In this document: piece by piece, positions 12,716 to 24,370 of the stretch | Layout of the letters: the number at the start of each line of letters is the position of its first letter | Position numbering within the stretch: position 1 is the stretch's first letter | NCBI GenBank assembly: GCA_004431415.1 | Contig: QPMI01000170.1 | Coordinates: 62,001 to 126,000 of the forward strand | Direction of reading: 5' to 3' | DNA: 64,000 bases | Source of the DNA: Cyanophora paradoxa CCMP329 | Lineage: Eukaryota > Plantae > Glaucophyta | Position numbers and translations under genes: made by a program | Notes under the pieces: model-generated | Seen by the model: only the letters and a program-made list of their open reading frames with translations | What the model was told of the DNA's origin: nothing | Database searches by the model: none

Positions 12716-15110
12716 GTCGCGAAGGCGGAGAAGATGCCGGGGGCGTGCTGCGAGCCGCCGGCCTGCGTGTGCGCGCAGTCGCCGTGCACGGAGCCGCCGG
12801 CGTGGAGGGAGCCGCCGGAAGCGAAGACGTTGCCGCCGTGCGTCGAGCCGTTGACATGGAGGGCCGCCATGCCGACCTGCAGCGCGTTGTGCACGGAGCC
12901 GCCGGCGTGCACGGAGCCGCCGGCCGCCGCCGCGAGGCCGCCCCGCACGGAGCCGCCGGCCGCGAAGAGGGCGCCGGCCCGGATGGAGCCGTCGTTGTAG
13001 ATGCTGCCGGTGTGAACCGAGTCGCCGGCGACGGAGGTGCTGCAGCTGCTGTCGCCGGGGCCGGGGGGGCCGGCGGAGAGGCGGTGGGCGCCGATGAGGA
13101 TGGAGTTGAGGGTGTTGGGGCTGATGGTGGAGGTGAGGGGGTCGGCGAGGAGGGAGCCCTCGGGGATGGCGTTGAGGCCCATCGAGCCCAGGGCCGCGTC
13201 CACGTCGACCTGCATCGAGTCGGCGTAGAGCTCCGCCGGCAGCGGCGGGCCCGGGCTCTCCCCCAGCAGCGGCCCCTTCAGGAACTCGGGCGGCGTGTTC
13301 AGCGGCGAGAGGCCCGTCATCAGCATCCCGTTCCCCGCGTCCCCCATGAGGAAGCCGGCGAGGCTCTCGTCCGAGTGCACGCCGCTCGCCACCTCCCCGT
13401 GCCCCGGCATCGCCATCGAGTCGCTCCCCAGCACCCCGTTCGTCAGCGAGTGCTTCCGCGACGCCCCTCCCTCCCCGTACAGCCGCTGCGCGCCCGCCGG
13501 CTCGCAGGGCGGGGCGGGGCCGGCGGGGGCGGGGGCGGGGGCGGACCCGGACGGGGGACTCGCTGGCGAGGGTGTCGAAGGCGAGGAGGCGCGTGCGCTC
13601 GCAGGCGAGGACGGTGCTCGTCCGCGACGCGAACGGCTCCAGCAGCGCCGCCTCCCCAAAGCTCTCCCCGGGCCCCAGCACCGTCCCCTTGCCCGTCTCC
13701 TCGTCGTTCACTGCGCCCCCGGCGCCCGCGCGTCGTCGGATCGGCGCCCGGCCGGCGCCCCTCGGCGCTGCGCACCCAGGCAGGAGCCGTCGAGGATGAA
13801 GAAGGCCGTCGTGCCGATCTCCCCCGTGGAGAAGACTGCGGCCGGGCGGTTGGCGGCCGGCCGCGGGGGCGGATGCGGGGGGGCGCACTGGCGTGCTCGG
13901 CTTCGTAGACGACGACCCGCGCGATGCCGAGGAGCTCCCGTGCCGCCTCCGCGAACTTGGAGAAGAGGGGGAAGTCCTTCAGCTTCGCCAGGAGCTCCTC
14001 CACGTCCGCCGCCGACCGCACGTGGCCCTTGCGGTCCACAGCACTGTTCTCGCTGCGCCAGAGCCGTCAGCGCAAGCAAGGCAGAGCCCCAGGTTGCGGG
14101 GAGCCTTGCCTGTTGAGGCAGCGGAGCGCGCGAGCCTCCTGGAGTCGAGCCGCAGCTTCCGCAGTGACGATCGGCTCCGTGGGTACGAATGCGTTCGTGA
14201 AAACTTCCCGGCAGACGTTGCTCGCTCGCTGCAGGAGTTCTTTGTTCTCTTCTCGCTGAACAGGGCCGAAGAAGACGAGCACGGCACAGACGTCGTTCGC
14301 CGTGTTCAGCAATGGTACAGCGAGCGCCGAGCGCAGCCCCGCCTCTCTCGCCAACTCACGCCTGGAGAAGACGCGCTCCGGTAGCTGTTCTCTGTTAGCG
14401 AAAGGACCCGGCCCAGCGCAAGACAGAGCAAAAAGAGAGAATCAGATATCGCACAAGGCTAACGTCTGAATTCCTGCGAAGAGAAGGTGCGTGAGCAGAG
14501 CGTGGCAAGCACCGCAATCGCGACAGCAGGCGCGCGGACCACTCATGGCATCGACTCGCCCACTGTAAGGAGAGAAGAGAGCAAAAGTTAGCCGGTAAGT
14601 AACGATAGAAGGCCGCAAAGAGCGTGGCGAAGGTGGCGCGGACCACACGGCCAAGCACGTCCTGGTGCGGCAAGAACTTCCGCACTTTGGCCGCCGCACG
14701 AAACTTGGAAATCTCTGGCTTGTTTGCCGAGTCCCAGCCTCTGCTTAGGCCGAGCGCCTGCGACCAACCGCTCCCCGATCGAAAGCGATAAGGAGCATCC
14801 GGGGAGCTGACCGGTCCTGATGCATCTAGGGAAGGTGTCCATGCCTCCGCAACCACGAAGCCAGTGCCCGGATCGCACATGCGGTGGAGCACATCTGCGC
14901 GGGTTCGTGACTTCGCGCCCAACCGCGCGATCAAAGAAGCGTAGCCAAATGGAAATGTCTCACAGTCTAAGGCACCCTCCATGAAGCCGACGCAGCGCTC
15001 CGGGCGGGCTAGCACAGCATCGGCTTGACCGCCCTAAGGGCCTCTTGCTTCTACCTCTGTTTTCTTGTATTCACGAGACAGAGCTTCCAGCTTATTCAGC
15101 GAGGCCACTA
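10440..15110 (-). CDS. NIN-like transcription factor: GAF-like, cyclic-nucleotide-binding, polyQ/disordered, RWP-RK and PB1 domains (5' end uncertain)
   Basis: RWP-RK: HFTSPLMVAAKNMGVCAT/TLKKICRSYGIDRWPSRKIRKV. PB1: ITMKAIFGEEIARFKF...LKYKDDDG-DLVGLVRDSDLKEC. CNB: FSTGEIGTTAFFILDG...LGPGESFGEAALLEPFASRTSTVLACE. GAF-like: AEAWTP...QDVLGRVW...FSRRELAREAGLRSALAVP. Confidence 0.85.
12584..12714 (-). repeat. Compound (CAG)n(CAA)n microsatellite encoding polyglutamine
   Basis: tgc/tgt triplet run on the plus strand, in frame as Q-runs in ORF 11935..13659. Confidence 0.95.
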
Positions 15111-15413
15111 GGAGCCGAGTGCAGCCGCTGCCGCCGCCGCAGTGCCGCGATCAGGGGGGGGTACGTGTCAGCCGATTAGAAAGGGAGTCTCTTATCGCGG
15201 CCCACGGGCACGCGGCCGCCGCGGCGGCCCGGCGCCCAGATCTAGGCTATTCGCTCGGTGACTCGCATCACTCGGTGTCGATTCCAGGCGTACACCGCTC
15301 GCGGAGCGCTGTGCGCAGCGCGGACGGTATCTGAAGGCCCGACAGGCACGCGGCCGCCGCGGCGGCCCGGCGCCCAGATCTAGGCTAATTATATGTCGAT
15401 TCCGCTCAGCAGC

Positions 15414-15581
15414 CTGCTCTTTACACGGTAGCTACACGCCCACACGCTACGTGCTGGTACCCGGGGGATGCCGGGCCCGTAGGGGGATAGTAGAGCAGTG
15501 CCAGGCTCCGCAAAGCCCCGAAAAACGAGGCGCGAACCGGGCTACCCCCGTCTGCGAGGCCTATCCTTTTGGAAGGCGGCC
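15414..15581. repeat. Dispersed repeat family B, copy 1
   Basis: ctgctctttacacggtagctacacgcccacacgctacgtgctggtacccgggggatgccgggcccgtagggggatagtagagcagtgccag also occurs at 46244 and partially at 60775-60878. Confidence 0.9.
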
Positions 15582-15612
15582 TACGCGATGAAGAAGAATA
15601 CTAAAGGCTACC

Positions 15613-17658
15613 CTAGCCTACTGCTGCTGCTGCTGCTGGGGGCCCTCCTGGGGGCTGCTGCTGCAAGTTGCAGCCTGCGCACGCGCAAGCGGACGCGTTG
15701 TCGTCGCGGTTGCAATCGATCGTCAGAGGATGCGGGGTGCGAATTCGAATTTTTTCGGAACGGCGATGGGGGCGCACGGCGTGGGCGTGGCGGGAAGCGT
15801 GGTGCCAGTGGCCGAGGGCGGCGTGGGCCGACGCAAACGCCATGTCTAGCTCCTGCAAGAGGTAGTGGTCGGGGTGCAGCGGCCGCCCCCCCGAGCCCGA
15901 GCGCGGCCTACGCCGGCGACGAAGTCAACGATCGGAACGGCGGGGCGCCCGGCGCTGGAGGTGGGGCGCACGGGGGCGCGAGGCGAGCGTGTAGGGCGCC
16001 AAGGACGAGCAGCGCCTCTTCGGGCTCGCCGCCGCGCAGCCGCAGCCCGGCCTCCGCCAGCTCCTGCTCCGCCCGCCCCGCCTCTCGCGCCGGGCCCCCG
16101 CCCCCGTCCTCCCCGCACGCCGAACATCTCCACCGCGCCGCCTCCCCGGGGCCGCTCTCCTCCGGGAAGAGGTACCCTGCGGGGGCGCTCGCGCGGCGCT
16201 CTGCGGCGGGGGCGAGAGGGAGGGCGCGCCATCGGAGCAGGAGGGGCACGGCCAGGCGTCCGTGGTGTCCGGCAGGGAGCAGGCCTCGCAGCGGCACCAG
16301 AAGAGCTGCGCGGCCGGCGTGGGCGGCGGGGTCGTGTGGGCGGCGCGTGCCAGGGCGGGCGGGGCGGGCCTTGTCGCGGAGGAGGAGGGGCCGGCGGAGG
16401 CGGCGCGGCGCCATGCCCGCGTAGCTGATCGAGAGCTCCTCCCCCGCCCCGATCGCCTGCCCCGCGCCCTGAGCCGCCGCAGAAACGCCGCGCGGGGCGG
16501 CGCGGCGCGGGGTGGCGCGGGGCGGCTCACGCGGCCGGCGACGACGGCGAGGGAGGGCCCGCGGACGGCGAAGGTGCAGTTCGGGGCGCACGCGTGGGAG
16601 AGCATCGACGCCGCAGGGAAGACCTGCGGGGCCCTCAGCCCCGCCCGCCACAGCGCGGCGCGGCGGGAGGCTGGGGACCGCGCAGGCGACGCTTTCGCCG
16701 CCGTCCGGGCCCTGCGCCGGCCCGGGGACCGCGAAGGCGTTGATCAAGAGGACCCCCAGGGCGTGCTGCGTCTCCTCCAGCGTCGGGGGCCCCGGGCCCG
16801 CCACCGGCCAGCGGGCCTTCGCGGGGCGTGAGGGCGGCGCGGGGCCGGGCAAGGGGGGCGGGGGCGGACGGCGAGGAGGGCGCGGTGGAGGCGGGCGGCG
16901 GCGGGGAGGAGCTGCTGATCGAGGAAGGGCCGCGGGTGCTCGCCCAGGAGCGACGCTAGCTCCCCCACCGCCCCCGCCTCCCGCCCCGCCCCGCTCAGTC
17001 CGTCGGCGCCGCACGGGGGTGGCGGAGGCACGCCGGCGCGCACCCGCTCGTCCCCGAGGCGCGAGAGGATCAGCAGGCGGGCCGCGCATCTATATGAGCC
17101 GTCAGTTCGGACTCCCCGCACGCGTCCTAATGATCTCGCCGAGAGGCACAGCGCACTGCGCGTGCTGCGCCCCGACGAACTTGCGCTTCTCTGGCGCCTC
17201 CCTCGCCAGGAACGGGAAGATTCCCTCGAGGAGCGCCCGCCGCCGCAGCGCCTCGTCCCGCCAACGGTACTCCTGCGCGAACGCGGGAAGTGAGACCACA
17301 GGAGCCATGGCGCAGCGAAGCGCAGCTGTGGCCCGCCGACCAGGGAGAGCTCAGCCTCGACACCGCAGCCGATGTTGTGCCGAGGCTCGGCGCCGGTCGC
17401 ACAGCCCTCAGAGCAGTACCACGCGTCGCACTGGGGGCACGCCAGCTCCGCTCCAGCCGGAAGCGGCGCCGCGCATTGCGAGCAAGCCTGCGCTCTTGCT
17501 GCCGGGAGAACGGCAAGCGCAGCAGCGCGGTCGACGAGAACCGTGTCGCCTGCGCTGAAGCCGTCCATGGCGTAGATCACCCGGCCGCGCTGCTCCGTCC
17601 AGCGCATACCGACGCGCGGGGCGGCGCGCGCCAGCAGTCCCCCTATCGTCGAGCGCAT
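15613..17658 (-). CDS. SET and MYND domain protein (SMYD-like lysine methyltransferase)
   Basis: RGRVIYAMDGFSAGDTVL, MYND finger CSQC..CPQC..YCSEGC, LLINAF, SMLSHACAPNC, GEELSISY and post-SET FWCRCEAC. Confidence 0.88.
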
Positions 17659-17743
17659 ACGAATGAATGTCTACCCCCGCAGGCTCCGGCCCCCCACTTG
17701 GCTTCATCTTGTCCAGCCGCGCGCAGCCATCCAGCAGCGCAAG

Positions 17744-18754
17744 ATGACGAAGCTCGGCGGAGGACCGACCCTGCTCCTTTGGGGGTCGATCGCGTGCGCG
17801 TTTGCGCTCCTCGCTTCCGCGGACTTCGTTCCGACAAAAGACTGCATCGGCGGCGATGCTCCTGTGCGAGATGTGAAGGTCACGATCAGCCCTTATCCGA
17901 TCTCGGGTTCGTTAACGCGCTGCGCATCGTCGCCGCGCACGGAAGCGCGCTCCTCACGCTCAAGCGCTCGGTCAGGCTCCAGCATCTTCGTGAACGTGAC
18001 AGGCGAGTCTTTCCAGCGTTTTCCTCGCCATTGGAGGTCCCGCTAGGGCAGGCTCCGAACAGCGCACCCTAGCGAACGCACCTTTCGCGCGCGAGATTGA
18101 CGCCCCTGCAGGCAACGCGACGCGCACCGTCACTGGTGGCACGTATTCAGTGACGCTCAAGAAGGCACGTGCTTTTCCAATCCGCTATAGGCTTCGAATT
18201 TCCCGCGCGCCAGGCGCTTTTGTCGTTCTCGCGTGCGCTCACGTCGCCCTTTGCACCTCCGCAGTGGATTTTCACGGTGCTCAGCCTGACGGATAATTTC
18301 TGCGCCGTGGGCGAGGGCTCGCACGAATGTGAGTCGAATCAAATTGAACTATGAAATGTCACAAGGATGCCGTGGTCGCGCAGGTATGCCCCTGGAGGGC
18401 CGCACCAGTTTACTGGACTGCCCCTTGCCCCCGGGACCCTTCACTTTTCAGGGTGCGTCCGTCGAAGCCTGTTGACTTCGAGCTTGCAATTGCAATCCTC
18501 AAGCCTGATGCGCAGCTCGCTGCAACGTTCCGGGCTTCGCGCCCTCCGGCTCCTACGGCTTCCAGATCAACGCCGCGGACGATTCGAACGCCCCCCTGTT
18601 TTGCCAGAACACCAACGTGCAGGTCGCTTCCGGCGGGAACGTCCTTCGCCCGTCGTGGGCGAGTTTTCTTAGCAGTGCCCGCGGCGCGCACGCAGCCGCT
18701 TCGGACAGCGAGAACGGCGCAGCAGGCCGCGGGGATGATGAGTACGCGATATAG
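17744..18754 (+). CDS. Secreted ML-domain (NPC2/PG-PI transfer-like) lipid-binding protein
   Basis: Signal peptide MTKLGGGPTLLLWGSIACAFALLASA, then DC..VKVTISPYPI, GSSIFVNVTG, VTGGTYSVTL, DNFCAV, CP and LFC; the Cys spacing is typical of ML domains. Confidence 0.65.
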
Positions 18755-19092
18755 CGACCGTCTTCCGTCGTATCGCTCTAGTTTGGTCATCCCTAGCTTT
18801 AGTCCTTCATGATCATGATCTTTCAACCTGTACCATAATGCGTTTTACCACAGACCTGTATAGATAGTGAACCTGTATAGATAGCGGACCTGTATACAGC
18901 TTGTCAATTTGGCTTCTTGCTGTTCGCTTTCAATCAACGACAGTCCACGTGCCACGGTGCACGTGCACCGCCGGGGCCGCAGTGGGCCCAGATATCTCCC
19001 GAGCAAAGCCCGGTGCAGCGCCGGCACTGCTGGCCTACTCGCTAGATCTTGAATTCTACATGCTAGAAGGGCGAGGGCTATGGGGCAAAAGA

Positions 19093-19768
19093 TCATACGC
19101 CGGGGGGCTTGGTGAGGTAGCCGATGCCGATGAAGAACGTAAGCAGCGCGATGAGAGTGAGGGTGAAGTGGTACAGCGACTTCGCCCCCTGCATCACCTG
19201 CGCGCACGGGCCTGAGGAACCTGCGGGTGGCGCACGGAGCTGGGCGCCGGCGCTGCCTAGCCGCGAAACTTAATCGCACCATGTTGCGCATGGCCAGCTT
19301 GGTGAACGAGCCGGAGGGAAGTTCGGTGGGCTCGGAGGTGCCGCTAGTGGCCCCCTCGTCTTGCGGCGCCTCCTCCTTGCCCTCCGCCGCGGCGAAGATA
19401 CCGAACGACCTCCGAGGGGCGCGGCGGGCGGTGAAGCCAGCCGCGAACCTCAGCGGTGTCGCCGTGAACATCGTGTTGCACGCATCTCCAAAGAAGGCGC
19501 GCTGCACGGGCGTCTGCGGCAAGGACACGCCTGCACGAGCATCAGTACGGGGCCAGATCTAGATATGCCCGATGCGCCGGGTAGATATATCATGTTGCGA
19601 GCATGGCGTTGCACACCGCTCGAGCCAGACCGCACGACGATGGAGGCACGCGCCACAGGCGCCGCACGGGCGCACGGGGGCGACAGGACCGCTGCGGGGA
19701 GGCGAGGCATCGGTCCTGGAAAGCACATGCGCGCAGCAGCACGTCTGCGGACCGGGAACGAACGCCAT
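19093..19768 (-). CDS. Plastid-targeted DUF3285-family small membrane protein of cyanobacterial origin, copy 1
   Basis: Spliced transit peptide MAFVPAVLSPPCARAAPVARAS. C-terminus SFTKLAMRNM/VMQGAKSLYHFTLTLIALLTFFIGIGYLTK matches the cyanobacterial KLAMRNMVRKG..SL.HF motif. Confidence 0.8.
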
Positions 19769-19850
19769 ATCAAAATGAAGACAGCAAGGTATACCAGGGG
19801 TACAGCAATAACAGCCGGCGCCTGGCCATTGCCATCAGACGTCGATATCG

Positions 19851-20750
19851 ATGCAAGCGTTCTCGGTTCATCCAGTCCCTCCGGCGCCTTCGGCGCGGTG
19901 CGGCAAGCTCGCTCGAGTGTCGGCCACGTGCACGCAGCGCCGCGACGCCGCGCTCTTGCGAACGCGGCGACGGAACAACGAGCATGCGTTGGCATTCCTG
20001 GGTCATCGCTGTATGTGGAGCGCGGCAGCGCGCGCTGCAACCTCTCTGGACGCAAGAAGCAGCTTCGACAAGGCGCAGAGGGCAAGACGCGCACTTTCTG
20101 TTTCTGCGCAAGCGGGTTCCAGCTCGGAGAACCTCAACGAGGCGCTAAAGGTACACGGGGACGCAGCGCGGCGCGCATGCCCCGCATACGCATGCTCGCG
20201 TAGACATTTCCTTCGCGCAGGACGTTACTGTCTTCAGGGCGAGCGACGGAGCGGAGGTTCCTATCGTCACCCTCTGGGCGGAGAAGCCGACCTGCATTGC
20301 CTTCTTCAGGTTCGCTCGAGCTCAAACTTGCGCGCGCTCAGCGGCTGGCCTCGGGATTAGGGCTCACAGAGTCAGCGGGCAAGGGCCCCAGCGGCTCGCT
20401 GACTCTTAATCTAGCCTACAAGGCTGGAGCTCGTAGAGGCGCCGAGCATATCGCAGCGCCCCAACCCCATATGTCCTCCCTTTCCCGTGCCCCTCCGAGG
20501 CTCCAAGTCAGGTCGGCCCTCTTCACGATGTGTAACCGCCTCCTCGATGCAGGCATTGGGGTTGCGTACTTTGCAAGCAAGTTCGTACCCGTCCCTCTCC
20601 CCCTTCCCCATTCCCACCCCATTCCCACCCCGGCCCCCTCCCGCGGGGTTGAAGCCTCGGAGCGGCTGGTGGCCGCCACCCCGGGGCGGACGGGGCCTGA
20701 TCTCGAGTTTGGAGCAGCAGGCGGAGGCGCTGTCGGGGGTGGCGATGTGA
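19851..20750 (+). pseudogene. 3'-truncated copy of the peroxiredoxin-like gene at the duplication junction
   Basis: Frame ...QAEALSGVA runs into ATG TGA at the junction (20745-20750). Confidence 0.75.
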
Positions 20751-21628
20751 AGGTCACGATCAGCCCTTATCCGATCTCGGGTTCGTTAACGCGCTGCGCA
20801 TCGTCGCCGCGCACGGAAGCGCGCTCCTCACGCTCAAGCGCTCGGTCAGGCTCCAGCATCTTCGTGAACGTGACAGGCGAGTCTTTCCAGCGTTTTCCTC
20901 GCCATTGGAGGTCCCGCTAGGGCAGGCTCCGAACAGCGCACCCTAGCGAACGCACCTTTCGCGCGCGAGATTGACGCCCCTGCAGGCAACGCGACGCGCA
21001 CCGTCACTGGTGGCACGTATTCAGTGACGCTCAAGAAGGCACGTGCTTTTCCAATCCGCTATAGGCTTCGAATTTCCCGCGCGCCAGGCGCTTTTGTCGT
21101 TCTCGCGTGCGCTCACGTCGCCCTTTGCACCTCCGCAGTGGATTTTCACGGTGCTCAGCCTGACGGATAATTTCTGCGCCGTGGGCGAGGGCTCGCACGA
21201 ATGTGAGTCGAATCAAATTGAACTATGAAATGTCACAAGGATGCCGTGGTCGCGCAGGTATGCCCCTGGAGGGCCGCACCAGTTTACTGGACTGCCCCTT
21301 GCCCCCGGGACCCTTCACTTTTCAGGGTGCGTCCGTCGAAGCCTGTTGACTTCGAGCTTGCAATTGCAATCCTCAAGCCTGATGCGCAGCTCGCTGCAAC
21401 GTTCCGGGCTTCGCGCCCTCCGGCTCCTACGGCTTCCAGATCAACGCCGCGGACGATTCGAACGCCCCCCTGTTTTGCCAGAACACCAACGTGCAGGTCG
21501 CTTCCGGCGGGAACGTCCTTCGCCCGTCGTGGGCGAGTTTTCTTAGCAGTGCCCGCGGCGCGCACGCAGCCGCTTCGGACAGCGAGAACGGCGCAGCAGG
21601 CCGCGGGGATGATGAGTACGCGATATAG
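20745..21628 (+). pseudogene. 5'-truncated copy of the ML-domain gene
   Basis: Duplicate of 17871-18754 lacking the start codon and signal peptide. Confidence 0.7.
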
Positions 21629-21966
21629 CGACCGTCTTCCGTCGTATCGCTCTAGTTTGGTCATCCCTAGCTTTAGTCCTTCATGATCATGATCTTTCAA
21701 CCTGTACCATAATGCGTTTTACCACAGACCTGTATAGATAGTGAACCTGTATAGATAGCGGACCTGTATACAGCTTGTCAATTTGGCTTCTTGCTGTTCG
21801 CTTTCAATCAACGACAGTCCACGTGCCACGGTGCACGTGCACCGCCGGGGCCGCAGTGGGCCCAGATATCTCCCGAGCAAAGCCCGGTGCAGCGCCGGCA
21901 CTGCTGGCCTACTCGCTAGATCTTGAATTCTACATGCTAGAAGGGCGAGGGCTATGGGGCAAAAGA

Positions 21967-22641
21967 TCATACGCCGGGGGGCTTGGTGAGGTAGCCGATG
22001 CCGATGAAGAACGTAAGCAGCGCGATGAGAGTGAGGGTGAAGTGGTACAGCGACTTCGCCCCCTGCATCACCTGCGCGCACGGGCCTGAGGAACCTGCGG
22101 GTGGCGCACGGAGCTGGGCGCCGGCGCTGCCTAGCCGCGAAACTTAATCGCACCATGTTGCGCATGGCCAGCTTGGTGAACGAGCCGGAGGGAAGTTCGG
22201 TGGGCTCGGAGGTGCCGCTAGTGGCCCCTCGTCTTGCGGCGCCTCCTCCTTGCCCTCCGCCGCGGCGAAGATACCGAACGACCTCCGAGGGGCGCGGCGG
22301 GCGGTGAAGCCAGCCGCGAACCTCAGCGGTGTCGCCGTGAACATCGTGTTGCACGCATCTCCAAAGAAGGCGCGCTGCACGGGCGTCTGCGGCAAGGACA
22401 CGCCTGCACGAGCATCAGTACGGGGCCAGATCTAGATATGCCCGATGCGCCGGGTAGATATATCATGTTGCGAGCATGGCGTTGCACACCGCTCGAGCCA
22501 GACCGCACGACGATGGAGGCACGCGCCACAGGCGCCGCACGGGCGCACGGGGGCGACAGGACCGCTGCGGGGAGGCGAGGCATCGGTCCTGGAAAGCACA
22601 TGCGCGCAGCAGCACGTCTGCGGACCGGGAACGAACGCCAT
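21967..22641 (-). CDS. DUF3285-family gene, copy 2 (apparent 1-bp frameshift near 22227)
   Basis: Identical to copy 1 except gtggcccctc versus gtggccccctc, which could be a real frameshift or a sequencing error. Confidence 0.65.
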
Positions 22642-22723
22642 ATCAAAATGAAGACAGCAAGGTATACCAGGGGTACAGCAATAACAGCCGGCGCCTGGCC
22701 ATTGCCATCAGACGTCGATATCG

Positions 22724-24257
22724 ATGCAAGCGTTCTCGGTTCATCCAGTCCCTCCGGCGCCTTCGGCGCGGTGCGGCAAGCTCGCTCGAGTGTCGGCCAC
22801 GTGCACGCAGCGCCGCGACGCCGCGCTCTTGCGAACGCGGCGACGGAACAACGAGCATGCGTTGGCATTCCTGGGTCATCGCTGTATGTGGAGCGCGGCA
22901 GCGCGCGCTGCAACCTCTCTGGACGCAAGAAGCAGCTTCGACAAGGCGCAGAGGGCAAGACGCGCACTTTCTGTTTCTGCGCAAGCGGGTTCCAGCTCGG
23001 AGAACCTCAACGAGGCGCTAAAGGTACACGGGGACGCAGCGCGGCGCGCATGCCCCGCATACGCATGCTCGCGTAGACATTTCCTTCGCGCAGGACGTTA
23101 CTGTCTTCAGGGCGAGCGACGGAGCGGAGGTTCCTATCGTCACCCTCTGGGCGGAGAAGCCGACCTGCATTGCCTTCTTCAGGTTCGCTCGAGCTCAAAC
23201 TTGCGCGCGCTCAGCGGCTGGCCTCGGGATTAGGGCTCACAGAGTCAGCGGGCAAGGGCCCCAGCGGCTCGCTGACTCTTAATCTAGCCTACAAGGCTGG
23301 AGCTCGTAGAGGCGCCGAGCATATCGCAGCGCCCCAACCCCATATGTCCTCCCTTTCCGTGCCCCTCCGAGGCTCCAAGTCAGGTCGGCCCTCTTCACGA
23401 TGTGTAACCGCCTCCTCGATGCAGGCATTGGGGTTGCGTACTTTGCAAGCAAGTTCGTACCCGTCCCTCTCCCCCTTCCCCATTCCCACCCCATTCCCAC
23501 CCCGGCCCCCTCCCGCGGGGTTGAAGCCTCGGAGCGGCTGGTGGCCGCCACCCCGGGGCGGACGGGGCCTGATCTCGAGTTTGGAGCAGCAGGCGGAGGC
23601 GCTGTCGGGGGTGGCGGAGGGCCTGCGGGCGTGCGGGGTGGAGCTCGTCGGCGTCGGCAGCGGCACCGTCGAGCAGGCCGCCGCCTGGGCCCAGGAGGTC
23701 CCTTTCGCCGGAGCCGTCCGCACCCCCCCCCCCCCCCTCCCCCCGCCCGCCCGTCCGGCGCCCCTGGCGGCTCCCTCGGGGCGCCCACGCGGGGCCGGGG
23801 TGGGTCGCAGGTGTACACGGACCCCTCCAAGAGCTCCTACGCCGCCCTCGGCCTCGCCGTCCGCCCCCGCGTCCCCGCCCCCGCGCCTTCCCCGCCATCG
23901 CCCCCCCACGCGCTCGCGGCCGCAGAGGGGCCTCCTGACGACGTTCAACCCGGCCTCGCTGGTGAAGACCGTGCAGGCCTTCCAGGCGGGGTACACGCAG
24001 AACTGGGCCATCTCGAGCGAGGCGAGCGGCGGGCGGCGGCGGGCGCGCGGTGCGGGCGGGGCGGGGGCTGAGGGGGCCGGGGCGGGGCGGGGGGGCAGGT
24101 GGACGGGTTCCAGCAGGGCGGCCTCTTCGTGGTGGACACCGACGGGAGCCTCCTCTTCGCCCACAGGGAGGCCCGCGCCGGCGACCACCCCGACCCCCGC
24201 GCCCTCCTCGCCGCCTGCCCCCGCCCACCCCCCGCATCCCTCCCTGTTGACCACTGA
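22724..24257 (+). CDS. Peroxiredoxin-like 2 / AhpC-TSA_2 (FAM213-like) redoxin, probably plastid-targeted
   Basis: MQAF start. Spliced TLWAEKPTCIAFFR/HWGCVLCKQ/QAEAL (CxxC), VYTDPSKSSYAALGL and GFQQGGLFVVD...LFAHRE...GDHP. Confidence 0.88.
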
Positions 24258-24290
24258 TGACGGATATTGCGCCAATTGCAGTGATGCTCG

Positions 24291-24370
24291 TTCCGATGAT
24301 CCGATCCGATGATCCGATCCGATGTTCCGATCCGATCATCTGATCCGATGATCATGATCCGATGATCTGA
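24291..24370. repeat. Degenerate (CCGAT/GAT)n minisatellite
   Basis: tccgatgatccgatccgatgatccgatccgat... Confidence 0.85.

Larger units (their letters stand above)
17871..23616. repeat. Tandem duplication of two ~2.87-kb units (17871-20744 and 20745-23616)
   Basis: Identical ORFs repeat at offsets of 2874 and 2873. The only differences I saw are two 1-bp homopolymer deletions in copy 2. Confidence 0.97.

Noticed and set aside
10844-13908. 1014-aa and 644-aa ORFs with poly-T/A or poly-L tracts
   Set aside because: These are shadow or partly off-frame readings of the intron-containing NLP gene. The polyQ frame is the coherent one.
15481-15560. tRNA gene within repeat B
   Set aside because: There is only a vague A-box resemblance, with no T-loop GTTC and no cloverleaf.
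20297-21628. Functional redoxin-ML fusion gene at the duplication junction
   Set aside because: The redoxin reading frame hits TGA immediately after the junction.
23424-23452. Selenocysteine in the redoxin active site
   Set aside because: The small exon encodes a normal CVLC motif, so no in-frame TGA is needed.
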